Shown here: piece after piece, positions 1 through 14,579 of the stretch | How positions within the stretch are numbered: position 1 is the first letter of the stretch | Layout: each line of letters starts with the position of its first letter | Origin: Heptranchias perlo | Taxonomy: Eukaryota | Assembly (NCBI RefSeq): GCF_035084215.1 | Contig: NC_090329.1 | Location: 126,914,001 to 126,978,000 of the forward strand | Length of the DNA: 64,000 nt | Direction: 5' to 3' | Made by a program: the position numbers and the translations under genes | The notes under the pieces: generated by a model | The model's input: only the letters and a program-made list of their open reading frames with translations | What the model was told of the DNA's origin: nothing | Database searches by the model: none

Positions 1-10
1 ATGTATTGTA

Positions 11-1855
11 AAGGGAAGAGAGGGAATTGGATGGTCGAAGGAAGAGAGGGAATTGGATGGTTGGGGGAAGGGAGGGAATTGGATGGTTGGGGGAAGGGAG
101 GGAATTGGATGGTTGGGGGAAGGGAGGGAATTGGATGGTCAAAGGAAGAGAGGGAATTGGATGGTTGGGGGAAGGGAGGGAATTGGATGGTCAAAGGAAG
201 GGAGGGAATTGGATGGTCGAAGGAAGAGAGGGAATTGGATGGTCGAAGGGAGGGAGGGAATTGGATGGTCAAAGGAAGAGAGGGAATTGGATGGTTGAGG
301 GAAGAGAGGGAATTGGATGGTCGAAAGAAGGGAGGGAATTGGATGGTCGAAGGAAGAGAGGGAATTGGATGGTCAAAGGAAGGGAAGGAATTGGATGGTG
401 GAAGGGAGGGAGGGAATTGGATGGTCGAAGGGAGGGAGGGAATTGGATAGTTGAGGGAAGGGAGGGAATTGGATGGTCGAAGGGAGGGAATTGGATGGTC
501 GAAGGAAGGGAGGGAATTGGATGGTCGAAGGGAGGGAGGGAATTGGATGGTCGAAGGGAGGGAGGGAATTGGATGGTCGAAGGGAGGGAGGGAATTGGAT
601 GGTTGGGGGAAGGGAGGGAATTGGATGATCGAAGGGAGGGAAGGAATTGGATGGTCGAAGGAAGAGAGGGAATTGGATGGTGGAAGGGAGGGAGGGAATT
701 GGTTGGTGGAAGGGAGGGAATTGGATGGTCAAAGGGAGGGAGGGAATTGGATGGTCAAAGGGAGGGAGGGAATTGGTTGGTGGAAGGGAGGGAATTGGAT
801 GGTCAAAGGGAGGGAGGGAATTGGTTGGTGGAAGGGAAGGAATTGGATGGTCAAAGGGATGGAGGGAATTGGTTGGTGGAAGGGAGGGAATTGGATGGTC
901 AAAGGAAGGGAGGGAATTGGATAGTTGAGGGAAGGGAGGGAATTGGATGGTCGAAGGAAGGGAGGGAATTGGATAGTTGAGGGCAGGGAGGGAATTGGAT
1001 GGTCGAATGAAGAGAGGGAATTGGATGGTGGAAGGGAGGGAGGGAATTGGATAGTTGAGGGAAGGGAGGGAATTGGATGGTCGAAGGAAGAGAGGGAATT
1101 GGATGGTCGATGGGAGGGAATTGGATGGTTGTGGGAAGGGAGGGAATTGGTTGGTGGAAGGGAGGGAGTGAATTGGATGGTCAAAGGAAGGGAGGGAATT
1201 GGATGGTCGAAGGGAGGGAGGGAATTGGATGGTCAAAGGAAGGGAGGGAATTGGATGGTCAAAGGAAGGGAAGGAATTGGATGGTTGTGGGAAGGGAGGG
1301 AATTGGATGGTCGAAGGGAGGGAGTGAATTGGATGGTCAAAGGAAGGGAGGGAATTGGATGGTTGTGGGAAGGGAGGGAATTGAATGGTCGAAGGAAGAG
1401 AGGGAATTGGATGGTCGAAGGAAGAGAGGGAATTGGATGGTCAAAGGAAGGGAAGGAATTGGATGGTGGAAGGGAGGGAGGGAATTGGATGGTCGAAGGA
1501 AGAGAGGGAATTGGATGGTCGAAGGGAGGGAGGGAATTGGATGGTCAAAGGAAGGGAAGGAATTGGATGGTGGAAGGGAGGGAGGGAATTGGATGGTCGA
1601 AGGAAGAGAGGGAATTGGATGGTCGAAGGGAGGGAGGGAATTGGATGTTCGAAGGGAGGGAATTGGATGGTTGGGCGAAGGGAGGGAATTGGATGGTTGA
1701 GGGAAGGGAGGGAATTGGATGGTCGAAGGGAGGGAGGGAATTGGATGTTCGAAGGGAGGGAGGGAATTGGATGGTCAAAGGAAGAGAGGGAATTGGATGG
1801 TCGAAGGGAGGGAGGGAATTGGATGGTTGAAGGGAGGGAGGGAATTGGATGGTCA
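11..1855. repeat. Purine-rich minisatellite, 25/29-bp unit GGAATTGGATGGT(CGAA/CAAA/TGGG/GGAA)(GGGA)n
   Basis: The core GGAATTGGATGG recurs every 25 or 29 bp. The repetitive ORFs (GREGIGW, GRELDG, GGNWMV) are its frames. The array probably continues left of the window. Confidence 0.97.
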
Positions 1856-2809
1856 TAGGAAGTGAAGAAATGGATTGTCAAAGGAAGGGGACAGGTAAGG
1901 GTCGGCAATGAAGGGGAGAGAGAAATGAAGGGGAGAGGGAATGGAGAGAGGGTGAAATGAAGAGAAGATGGAAGCCGAAGTGGGAGGGGACAGAAGTTGG
2001 AATCAGTGCTTTGCGGGGTTAGTGAGGAAAATCCAGAAGTTGTGTTTTGGGAGGGAAAAGTGGATGAGCTGAGAGCCTCTGGTGTAGGAAGAAGAAAACT
2101 ATTCGAGCTTGGAGAGGCAACAGAGCAGCGCCCAGTTCCCTTTTAATTCACTATCCCCAGACAGACAGGGGAATCTGTGGTTAACAACCAGGAGCTGGAA
2201 TTCAGGCTGGTATTTCCCCTCCTAAGACGGCTGAGGCAAATTGTACAGCCCCAAGTGTCAGACTGTGAAACAAAGCTGGACTTTCTGGTCTGTACGGCTT
2301 GGTTCAACACCAGCTCCTTCCTTCACCTACCAAGATTCCCAGGGGAGCTCTTTTAACGTTTTAAAGGGAAAGAAAAGCTATAATAGTCCTGAAAGGGTTA
2401 ACACAGACCATTCAAGCACTGAAGGTCCCTTGCCTGCTCCACCAGAACGATCAACCTCGCTCCTGGCTGAGGCTCTTATTTTTATTGATGTGCTTTGTGT
2501 GATATTAAACTACTGTGAGTTTATCAAAACCATCTGAAACTCTCCTTGCACACAAGCTGTGTTTGGACTCGAAGTGTTTTCTAACAATGGGATATTGGTG
2601 ATTGTGTAAATATTCTCATGGACGTTTGCTCTTATATGTTTGCCTTGTTTATATCAGCCTGTCCTGTTGACATGTAGCAGGCTTTACACTGGAGTGGCAC
2701 CAATTTATAGAGATTGTATGGAGCTCAGAGCTAGGCTAGTCACACTGAGAACATTATCCATCGATCCAGCCTCTGATCCACTCATTCATCCCTCTACCTA
2801 TTCATCACC

Positions 2810-3290
2810 CAGTCATCCACCCCTCCATCTGTCCATTCAACTGACCATCCAACCCACCATCTGTCCATTCAACTGACCATCCACCCCTCCATCTGTCCAT
2901 TCAACTGACCATCCAACCCACCATCTGTCCATTCAACTGACCATCCAACCCACCATCTGTCCATTCAACTGACCATCCAACCCACCATCCATCCACCCAT
3001 CTATCCAACTGTCCATTCATCCATCCACCCCTCCATCTGTCCATTCAATTGACTACTCATCAGTGCAGTCATCCAACCATTCATCTGCCCATCCATCAAT
3101 CCAAAATCCAGCCCATTCATCCAAGGATCCATCCACCCCTCCATCTGCCCAGCCTTCCAACTGGCCACTCATCAATCCATCCATCTGCCCAACTATCTGA
3201 TCATTCATCCATCAGCTCATCCAGCCATTGCTCTATTCACCCACCTTCCCATCCACCCATCCCCTGCCTATCCATCTATCCATCCATTCA
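2810..3290. repeat. CCAT-rich low-complexity tract with ~5 copies of a 32-bp unit (CCATCTGTCCATTCAACTGACCATCCAACCCA)
   Basis: Near-perfect 32-bp copies at ~2825-2985, then decayed (CCAT)n-like sequence. Confidence 0.9.
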
Positions 3291-3436
3291 TGGGCCTATG
3301 TATCTACTGTGTCTATTTCTCCATTGTATCAATACTGCTATGTTCGTTACTCCTCTGAACTTTCCTGTCTTGTTCCTCCCAAGCTACCAACACACCATCC
3401 CACACGTTGCTCTCTCTGCATTCTCACTATGATCAG

Positions 3437-3515
3437 ATGAAGACTCATCTCAGCACCTCCTACTCTAAAACATTCCGTCCCATTACCAATGACACTGCAC
3501 CATCTACAAGAACAG
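3437..3515 (+). other. Candidate 79-nt exon of an unidentified transcript
   Basis: Pyrimidine-rich stretch and CAG before 3437; consensus donor CAG|GTAAGT at 3515/3516. Only frame 0 is open (MKTHLSTSYSKTFRPITNDTAPSTRT). No homology recognised. Confidence 0.3.
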
Positions 3516-3559
3516 GTAAGTACCGAGACACTGGGGCAATTCCCACTGGAGGAGAGAAG

Positions 3560-3765
3560 GCTAAGAGCAAAATTGAGGGAAATTTATAAATTTATGAGGG
3601 ATTCAGATAGAATGGGGGAGAAATTATTTCCTCCGGTTGGGATTCAGTGACAAAGGTTCATCGATTCAAAATGGGCACTGAGAGAGTGAGGAGAAGGGTT
3701 AGGAGAGATTTCTTCATGCAGTGGGTTGTTGCAGTATGGAATGCATTGTCACAGGGAGTGGTTGA
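3560..3765 (+). mobile_element. Decayed CR1-type LINE fragment (end of ORF2)
   Basis: Translation TKVHRFKMGTERVRRRVRRDFFMQWVVAVWNAL resembles the CR1 C-terminus at 50011-50901 (TRGHSLRI...RRNFFTQRVVNLWNSL). Confidence 0.75.
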
Positions 3766-3938
3766 ACATAAGAACATAAGAAATAGGAGCAGGAGTAGGC
3801 CAATCGGCCCCTCGAGCCTGCTCCGCCATTCAATAAGATCATGGCTGATCTGATCCTAACCTCAAATCTAAATTCATGTCCAATTTCCTGCCCGCTCCCC
3901 GTAACCCCTAATTCCCTTTACTTCTAGGAAGCTGTCTG
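3764..3938 (-). mobile_element. CR1-type LINE 3' UTR/tail
   Basis: AACATAAGAACATAAGAAATAGGAGCAGGAGTAGGCCAATCGGCCC closely matches the tail of the RT-bearing CR1 at 49917-50010. Confidence 0.8.
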
Positions 3939-3950
3939 AATAGGCAGCGA

Positions 3951-4205
3951 CGATGGCACTATTTGAAGAAGAGCAGGGGAGTTCTCCCCGGTGTCCTGGC
4001 CAATATTTATCCATCAACTAACATCACTAAGAAACAGATGATCCGGTCATTATCACATTGCTGTTTGTGGGATCTTGCTGTGCGCAAATTGACTGCCACA
4101 TTTCCTACATTACAGCAGTGACTACACTTCAACAAGTACCTCATTGGTTGTGAAGCACTTTGAGTTCTGAGGTCATGAAAGGTGCTATATAAATACAAGT
4201 TCGTT
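3951..4205 (+). mobile_element. Deu-domain SINE (AmnSINE1/SacSINE1-like), 5'-truncated
   Basis: GGCACTATTTGAAGAAGAGCAGGGG...CACATTGCTGTTTGTGGGATCTTGCTGTGCGCAAATT...GCTATATAAATACAAG. Four further copies occur in the window. Family named from recalled consensus. Confidence 0.8.
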
Positions 4206-7200
4206 TTTACGTTTGCTCCCCTTTCTCCTGCATCCACAGGCTGTATTGTAAGCCACCCTGCCATGTGACATTCCAAAGGAGCTACAAGGCCGAGGTGTAA
4301 GTGATACAACATTAACGTACTGTATGGAAATCCAGCACACCAGATCCCAACTACATTGGGTGTTCCAGGCCCAGTAAACTCTCACTATACTGACTGATCT
4401 GGGAATTACTCCAGTTTTCCTGGTGTCTTTGGAGCAAGACTCAGGGATCAATTGGCCGCTCCACAAAGGAACTTTTTTTTAAACTTCCTCATTCACCGCT
4501 CACACCGCACACACTGCTAACACTGCTCACACCGCACACACAGCTCACACCACACACACAGCTCACACCACTCACACCACACACACAGCTCACACCACTC
4601 ACAGCTCACACCACACACACCACTCACACAGCTCACACCACACACACCGCACACACAGCTCACACCACACACACAGCTCACACCACACACACCACTCACA
4701 CAGCTCACACCACACACACCGCTCACACAGCTCACACCGCACACACCACTCACACAGCTCACAGCACACACACTGCTCACACCGCACACACAGCTCACAC
4801 CACACACACAGCTCACACCACACACATTGCTCACACCACTCACACCATACACACCGCTCACACAGCTCACACCACTCACACCGCAAACACAGCTCACACA
4901 GCTCACACCACTCACACCGCACACACAGCTCAGACCGCACACACAGCTCACACCACACACACCACACACACCGCACACACCGCTCACACAGCTCACACCA
5001 CACACACAGCTCACACCGCACACACAGCTCACACCACTCACACCGCTCACACAGCTCACACCACACACACCGCACACACCGCTCACACAGCTCACACCAC
5101 ACACACAGCTCACACCACTCACACAGCTCACACCGCTCACACAGCTCACACCACACACACCGCACACACCGCTCACACAGCTCACACCACACACACCGCA
5201 CACACCGCTCACACAGCTCACACCACTCACACCGCACACACTGCTCACACCACACACACAGCTCACACCACACACACAGCTCACACTGCTCACACAGCTC
5301 ACACCGCTCACACCGCTCACACCGCACACACAGCTCACACAGCTCACACTGCTCACACAGCTCACACCGCACACACAGCTCACACAGCTCACACCGCACA
5401 CACAGCTCACACAGCACACACAGCTCACACAGCTCACACTGCTCACACCGCACACACAGCTCACACAGCTCACACTGCTCACACAGCTCACACCACTCAC
5501 ACCGCTCACACCACTCACACCACTGACACAGCTCACACCACTCACACCACACACACAGCTCACACCACACACATTGCTCACACCGCTCACACAGCTCACA
5601 CCGCTCACACCACACACATTGCTCACACCGCTCACACAGCTCACACCACTCACACCACACACACAGCTCACACCACTCACACCACTCACACCACACACAC
5701 CGCTCACACAGCTCACACAGCTCACACCGCTCACACCACTCACACCACACACACAGCTCACACCACACACATTGCTCACACAGCTCACACCACACACACA
5801 GCTCACACAGCTCACACCGCTCTTGCAGCTCACACCACTCACACCACACACACAGCTCACACCACACACACAGCTCACACAGCTCACACAGCTCACACCG
5901 CACACACAGCTCACACCGCATACACAGCTCACACAGCTCACACCGCACACACAGCTCACACCACACACACAGCTCACACCGCTCACACAGCTCACACCAC
6001 TCACACCGCACACACTGCTCACACCACACACACAGCTCACACCACACACACAGCTCACACCGCACACACAGCTCACACAGCTCACACTGCTCACACAGCT
6101 CACACCGCACACACAGCTCACACCGCACACACAGCTCACACAGCTCACACTGCTCACACAGCTCACACCGCACACACAGCTCACACCGCACACACAGCTC
6201 ACACCACACACATTGCTCACACCGTTCACACAGCTCACACCACTCACACCACACACACAGCTCACACCACTCACACCACACACACAGCTCACACCACACA
6301 CATTGCTCACACCACTCACACAGCTCACACAGCTCACACCACACACACAGCTCACACCACTCACACAGCTCACACCACACACATTGCTCACACTGCTCAC
6401 ACCACACACACAGCTCACAACACACACGTTGCTCACACTGCTCACACCGCACACACTGCTCACACCACACACACTGCTCACACCGCTCACACCACACACA
6501 CCGCTCACACTGCTCACACCACACACACTGCTCACACTGCTCACACTGCTCACACCACACACACCGCTCACACTGCTCACACCACACACACTGCTCACAC
6601 TGCTCACACCACACACACTGCTCACACCACACACACTGCTCACACCACACACACCGCTCACACTGCTCACACCGCTCACACCGCTCACACCGCACACACA
6701 GCTCACACCGCACACACCGCAGACACCACACACACCGCTCACACAGCTCACACCGCTCACACAACTCACACGGCTCACACAGCTCACACCGCACACACCG
6801 CACACACCGCACACACCACTCACACCACTCACACAGCTCACACCGCTCACACACCGCTCACACACAGCTCACACGGCTCACACCGCTCACACACAGCTCA
6901 CACCGCTCACACACCACACACACCGCTCACACAGCTCACACGGCTCACACCGCTCACACTGCTCACACCGCTCACACACCGCACACACCACTCACACAGC
7001 TCACACACTGCTCACACTCCGCACACACTGCTCACACACCGCTCACACAGCTCACACAGCTCACACTCCGCACACACTGCTCACACAGCTCACACAGCTC
7101 ACACCGCTCACACCACACACACCGCTCACACAGCTCACACCGCTCACACAGCTCACACCGCTCACACAGCTCACACCGCACACACCGCACACACCACACA

Positions 7201-10200
7201 CTCCGCACACACTGCTCACACCGCTCACACACCGCTCACACAGCTCACACTCCGCACACACTGCTCACACTGCTCACACCGCTCACACAGCTCACACTCC
7301 GCACACACTGCTCACACAGCTCACACTGCTCACACAGCTCACACACCGCTCACACAGCTCACACTGCTCACACAGCTCACACACCGCTCACACAGCTCAC
7401 ACCGCTCACACCGCTCACACCACTCACACCGCACACACCGCTCACACAGCTCACACCACTCACACTGCTCACACCACTCACACAGCTCACACCACTCACA
7501 CAGCTCACACCGCTCACACAGCTCACACAGCTCACACCGCACACACCACACACACAGCTCACACCACTCACACCACACACACAGCTCACACCACTCACAC
7601 CACACACACAGCTCACACCACTCACACCACTCACACAGCTCACACAGCTCACACCACTCACACCGCTCACACCACTCACACCACACACACAGCTCACACC
7701 ACTCACACCACTCACACAGCTCACACAGCTCACACAGCTCACACCACTCACACAGCTCACACCGCTCACACAGCTCACACCGCTCACACAGCTCACACCG
7801 CTCACACCACACACACAGCTCACACCGCTCACACAGCTCACACCGCTCACACCACACACACAGCTCACACCACACACACAGCTCACACCACACACACAGC
7901 TCACACAGCTCACACAGCTCACACCACTCACACCACACACACCACACACACAGCTCACACCGCTCACACAGCTCACACCACTCACACCGCTCACACAGCT
8001 CACACCGCTCACACCGCTCACACAGCTCACACCGCTCACACCGCTCACACCGCTCACACCACACACACAGCTCACACCACACACACAGCTCACACCACAC
8101 ACACAGCTCACACAGCTCACACCACTCACACCACACACACCACACACACAGCTCACACCACTCACACCACACACACAGCTCACACCACACACACAGCTCA
8201 CACCACACACACAGCTCACACAGCTCACACCACTCACACCACACACACCACACACACAGCTCACACCGCTCACACCACACACACAGCTCACACCACACAC
8301 ACAGCTCACACCACACACACAGCTCACACAGCTCACACCACTCACACCACACACACCACACACACAGCTCACACCGCTCACACAGCTCACACAGCTCACA
8401 CAGCTCACACCGCTCACACCGCTCACACAGCTCACACAGCTCACACCACTCACACCACACACACCACACACACCGCTCACACAGCTCACACCACTCACAC
8501 CAATCACACAGCTCACACCGCTCACACCGCTCACACCAAACACACAGCTCACACCGCTCACACAGCTCACACCGCTCACACCACACACACAGCTCACACC
8601 ACTCACACCACACACACCACACACACAGCTCACACCGCTCACACAGCTCACACCACTCACACCGCTCACACAGCTCACACCACTCACACAGCTCACACCG
8701 CTCACACCGCTCACACAGCTCACACCACTCACACCGCTCACACAGCTCACACCACTCACACCGCTCACACAGCTCACACCGCTCACACAGCTCACACCAC
8801 TCACACCGCTCACACAGCTCACACTGCTCACACCGCTCACACCACACACACAGCTCACACCGCTCACACAGCTCACACCACTCACACCAATCACACAGCT
8901 CACACCGCTCACACCGCTCACACCACACACACAGCTCACACCGCTCACACAGCTCACACAGCTCACACCACTCACACCACTCACACTGCTCACACCACAC
9001 ACACAGCTCACACCACTCACACCGCACACACAGCTCACACCGCTCACACCACACACACAGCTCACACCGCTCACACAGCTCACACAGCTCACACCACTCA
9101 CACCACTCACACTGCTCACACCACACACACAGCTCACACCACTCACACCGCACACACAGCTCACACCGCTCACACAGCTCACACAGCTCACACAGCTCAC
9201 ACCACTCACACCACTCACACTGCTCACACCACACACACAGCTCACACCACTCACACCAATCACACAGCTCACACCGCTCACACCGCTCACACAGCTCACA
9301 CCACTCACAACGCTCACACAGCTCACACAGCTCACACCGCTCACACCACTCACACCACACACACCACACACACAGCTCACACCGCTCACACCGCTCACAC
9401 AGCTCACACTGCTCACACCACTCACACCACTCACACAGCTCACACCGCTCACACAGCTCACACAGCTCACACCGCTCACACAGCTCACACCGCTCACACC
9501 ACACACACAGCTCACACCGCTCACACCACTCACACCACACACACCACACACACAGCTCACACAGCTCACACCGCTCACACAGCTCACACCGCTCACACCG
9601 CTCACACAGCTCACACTGCTCACACCACTCACACCACTCACACAGCTCACACAGCTCACACCGCTCACACAGCTCACACCGCTCACACCACACACACAGC
9701 TCACACCGCTCACACCACTCACACCACACACACCACACACACAGCTCACACAGCTCACACCACTAACACCACACACACCACACACACAGCTCACACAGCT
9801 CACACCGCTCACACAGCTCACACCACTCACACCACTCACACCACACACACAGCTCACACCACTCACACCACACACACCACATACACAGCTCACACAGCTC
9901 ACACCGCTCACACCGCTCACACCGCTCACACCACACACACCACACACACAGCTCACACAGCTCACACCGCTCACACCACACACACAGCTCACACCACTCA
10001 CACCGCTCACACAGCTCACACAGCTCACACCACTCACACCACACACACAGCTCACACAGCTCACACAGCTCACACCTCTCACACCGCTAACACAGCTCAC
10101 ACAGCTCACACAGCTCACACCGCTCACACAGCTCACACCGCTCACACAGCTCACACCACTCACACAGCTCACACCGCTCACACCACACACACAGCTCACA

Positions 10201-10488
10201 CAGCTCACACTGCTCACACCGCTCACACCACACACACAGCTCACACCACTCACACAGCTCACACCGCTCACACCACTCACACCGCTCACACCACTCACAC
10301 AGCTCACACCGCTCACACCGCTCACACCACACACACAGCTCACACCACTCACACAGCTCACACCGCTCACACCACTCACACCGCTCACACCACTCACACA
10401 GCTCACACCGCTCACACAGCTCACACTGCTCACACCACTCACACCACTCACACAGCTCACACCGCTCACACAGCTCACACCGCTCACA

Positions 10489-10637
10489 NNNNNNNNNNNN
10501 NNNNNNNNNNNNNNNNNNNNNNNNNNNNNNNNNNNNNNNNNNNNNNNNNNNNNNNNNNNNNNNNNNNNNNNNNNNNNNNNNNNNNNNNNNNNNNNNNNNN
10601 NNNNNNNNNNNNNNNNNNNNNNNNNNNNNNNNNNNNN
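10489..10637. other. N block (149 bp)
   Basis: Run of n inside the 9-bp satellite. Confidence 0.99.
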
Positions 10638-11943
10638 CACACCGCTCACACCACACACACAGCTCACACCGCTCACACCACTCACACGGCTCACACCGCT
10701 CACACAGCTCACACTGCTCACACCACTCACACCACTCACACAGCTCACACCGCTCACACAGCTCACACCGCTCACACCACACACACCACTCACACAGCTC
10801 ACACCACTCACACCACACACACCACTCACACAGCTCACACCACTCACACCACTCACACAGCTCACACCACTCACACAGCTCACACCACTCACACCACTCA
10901 CACAGCTCACACAGCTCACACCACTCACACCACTCACACAGCTCACACCGCTCACACCACACACACAGCTCACACCACTCATACCACACACACCACTCAC
11001 ACAGCTCACACAGCTCACACCGCTCACGCAGCTCACACCGCTCACGCAGCTCACACCACTCACACAGCTCACACAGCTCACACCGCTCACACAGCTCACA
11101 CAGCTCACACTGCTCACACCACTCACACCGCTCACACAGCTCACACCACTCACACCGCTCACACAGCTCACACTGCTCACACCACTCACACAGCTCACAC
11201 AGCTCACACCACTCACACAGCTCACACCACTCACACAGCTCACACCACACACACAGCTCACACAGCTCACACCACTCACACAGCTCACACAGCTCACACC
11301 ACTCACACCACACACACAGCTCACACCGCTCACACAGCTCACACCGCTCACACCGCTCACACCACTCACACCACACACACCACACACACAGCTCACACCG
11401 CTCACACCACACACACAGCTCACACCACTCACACCACACACACCACACACACAGCTCACACAGCTCACACTGCTCACACCGCTCACACAGCTCACACTGC
11501 TCACACCACTCACACCACACACACCACACACACAGCTCACACCGGTCACACCACTCACACCGCTCACACAGCTCACACTGCTCACACCACTCACACCACA
11601 CACACCACACACACAGCTCACACCGCTCACACCGCTCACACCACACACACCACACACACCACACACACAGCTCACACCACTCACACCGCTCACACCACAC
11701 ACACAGCTCACACAGCTCACACCACTCACACCACTCACACAGCTCACACCGCTCACACCACTCACACAGCTCACACAGCTCACACTGCTCACACCACTCA
11801 CACCACACACACCACACACACAGCTCACACCACTCACACCGCTCACACCACACACACAGCTCACACAGCTCACACTGCTCACACCACTCACACCACACAC
11901 ACCACACACAGCTCACACCGCTCACACCGCTCACACCACTCAC

Positions 11944-12076
11944 NNNNNNNNNNNNNNNNNNNNNNNNNNNNNNNNNNNNNNNNNNNNNNNNNNNNNNNNN
12001 NNNNNNNNNNNNNNNNNNNNNNNNNNNNNNNNNNNNNNNNNNNNNNNNNNNNNNNNNNNNNNNNNNNNNNNNNNNN
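11944..12076. other. N block (133 bp)
   Basis: Run of n. Confidence 0.99.
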
Positions 12077-14444
12077 ACACAGCTCACACCACTCACACCG
12101 CTCACACAGCACACACAGCTCACACCGCTCACACCACACACACCACACACACCGCTCACACCGCTCACACAGCTCACACAGCTCACACTGCTCACACCAC
12201 TCACACCACACACACAGCTCACACAGCTCACACAGCTCTCACCTCTCACACAGCTCACACCGCTCACACCGCTCACACCACACACACAGCTCACACCACT
12301 CACACAGCTCACACCGCTCACACCACTCACACCGCTCACACCACTCACACAGCTCACACCGCTCACACAGCTCACACTGCTCACACCACTCACACCACTC
12401 ACACAGCTCACACCGCTCACACAGCTCACACCACTCACACCACACACACAGCTCACACCACTCACACCACTCACACCACTCACACAGCTCACACCGCTCA
12501 CACAGCTCACACAGCTCACACACCACTCACACAGCTCACATAGCTCACACCACTCACACCGCTCACACCGCTCACACCGCTCACACCACACACACAGCTC
12601 ACACCACTCACACCGCTCACACCACACACACAGCTCACACCACTCACACCGCTCACACCACTCACACCACTCACACAGCTCACACCGCTCACACCGCTCA
12701 CACCACACACACAGCTCACACCACTCACACGGCTCACACCGCTCACACAGCTCACACTGCTCACACCACTCACACAGCTCACACCGCTCACACAGCTCAC
12801 ACCGCTCACACCACACACACCACTCACACAGCTCACACCACTCACACCACACACACCACTCACACAGCTCACACCACTCACACCACTCACACAGCTCACA
12901 CCACTCACACCACTCACACCACTCACACAGCTCACACCACTCACACAGCTCACACCACTCACACCACTCACACAGCTCACACCGCTCACACCGCTCACAC
13001 CACACACACAGCTCACACCACTCATACCACACACACCACTCACACAGCTCACACAGCTCACACAGCTCACACAGCTCACACCGCTCACACAGCTCACAGA
13101 GCTCACACAGCTCACACAGCTCACACTGCTCACACTGCTCACACCACTCACACCGCTCACACAGCTCACACCACTCACACCGCTCACACAGCTCACACTG
13201 CTCACACCACTCACACCGCTCACACAGCTCACACTGCTCACACCACTCACACAGCTCACACAGCTCACACCGCTCACACAGCTCACACCACTCACACCAC
13301 TCACACAGCTCACACCACTCACACAGCTCACACAGCTCACACCACTCACACCACTCACACCACTCACACAGCTCACACCACTCACACCGCTCACACAGCT
13401 CACACCACTCACACCACTCACACAGCTCACACCACTCACACCGCTCACACCACTCACACAGCTCACACCGCTCACACCACTCACACCACACACACCACAC
13501 ACACAGCTCACACAGCTCACACCGCTCACACCACACACACAGCTCACACCACTCACACCACACACACAGCTCACACCACACACAGCTCACACAGCTCACA
13601 CTGCTCACACCGCTCACACAGCTCACACTGCTCACACCACTCACACCACACACACCACACACACAGCTCACACCGGTCACACCACTCACACCGCTCACAC
13701 AGCTCACACTGCTCACACCACACACACCACACACACAGCTCACACCGCTCACACCGCTCACACCGCTCACACCACACACACCACACACACCACACACACC
13801 ACACACACAGCTCACACCACTCACACCGCTCACACCACACACACAGCTCACACAGCTCACACCACTCACACAGCTCACACCGCTCACACAGCTCACACCA
13901 CTCACACCACACACACAGCTCACACAGCTCACACCACTCACACAGCTCACACAGCTCACACAGCTCACACCACTCACACAGCTCACACCGCTCACACAGC
14001 TCACACCACTCACACCACTCACACAGCTCACACAGCTCACACCACTCACACCACACACACAGCTCACACAGCTCACACCACTCACACAGCTCACACAGCT
14101 CACACCGCTCACACCACTCACACCGCACACACCGCTCACACCGCTCACACCACTCACACAGCTCACACAGCTCACACTGCTCACACCACTCACACCACAC
14201 ACACCACACACACAGCTCACACCACTCACACCGCTCACACCACACACACAGCTCACACAGCTCACACTGCTCACACCACTCACACCACACACACCACACA
14301 CACAGCTCACACCACACACATTGCTCACACCGCTCACACCACTCACACCGCTCACACCACACACACCACACACACCACACACACAGCTCACACCACACAC
14401 ACCACACACACCACACACACAGCTCACACCACTCACACAGCTCA

Positions 14445-14579
14445 NNNNNNNNNNNNNNNNNNNNNNNNNNNNNNNNNNNNNNNNNNNNNNNNNNNNNNNN
14501 NNNNNNNNNNNNNNNNNNNNNNNNNNNNNNNNNNNNNNNNNNNNNNNNNNNNNNNNNNNNNNNNNNNNNNNNNNNNNNN
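14445..14579. other. N block (135 bp)
   Basis: Run of n. Confidence 0.99.

Noticed and set aside
1-1908. CRISPR array or Trp/Gly-rich protein
   Set aside because: The variable parts are a few recurring variants rather than unique spacers. There are no cas genes, the context is eukaryotic, and ORFs appear in all frames.
2140-2310. Possible very old tRNA-SINE remnant
   Set aside because: Only a vague resemblance; no second copy in the window and no identifiable A/B boxes.
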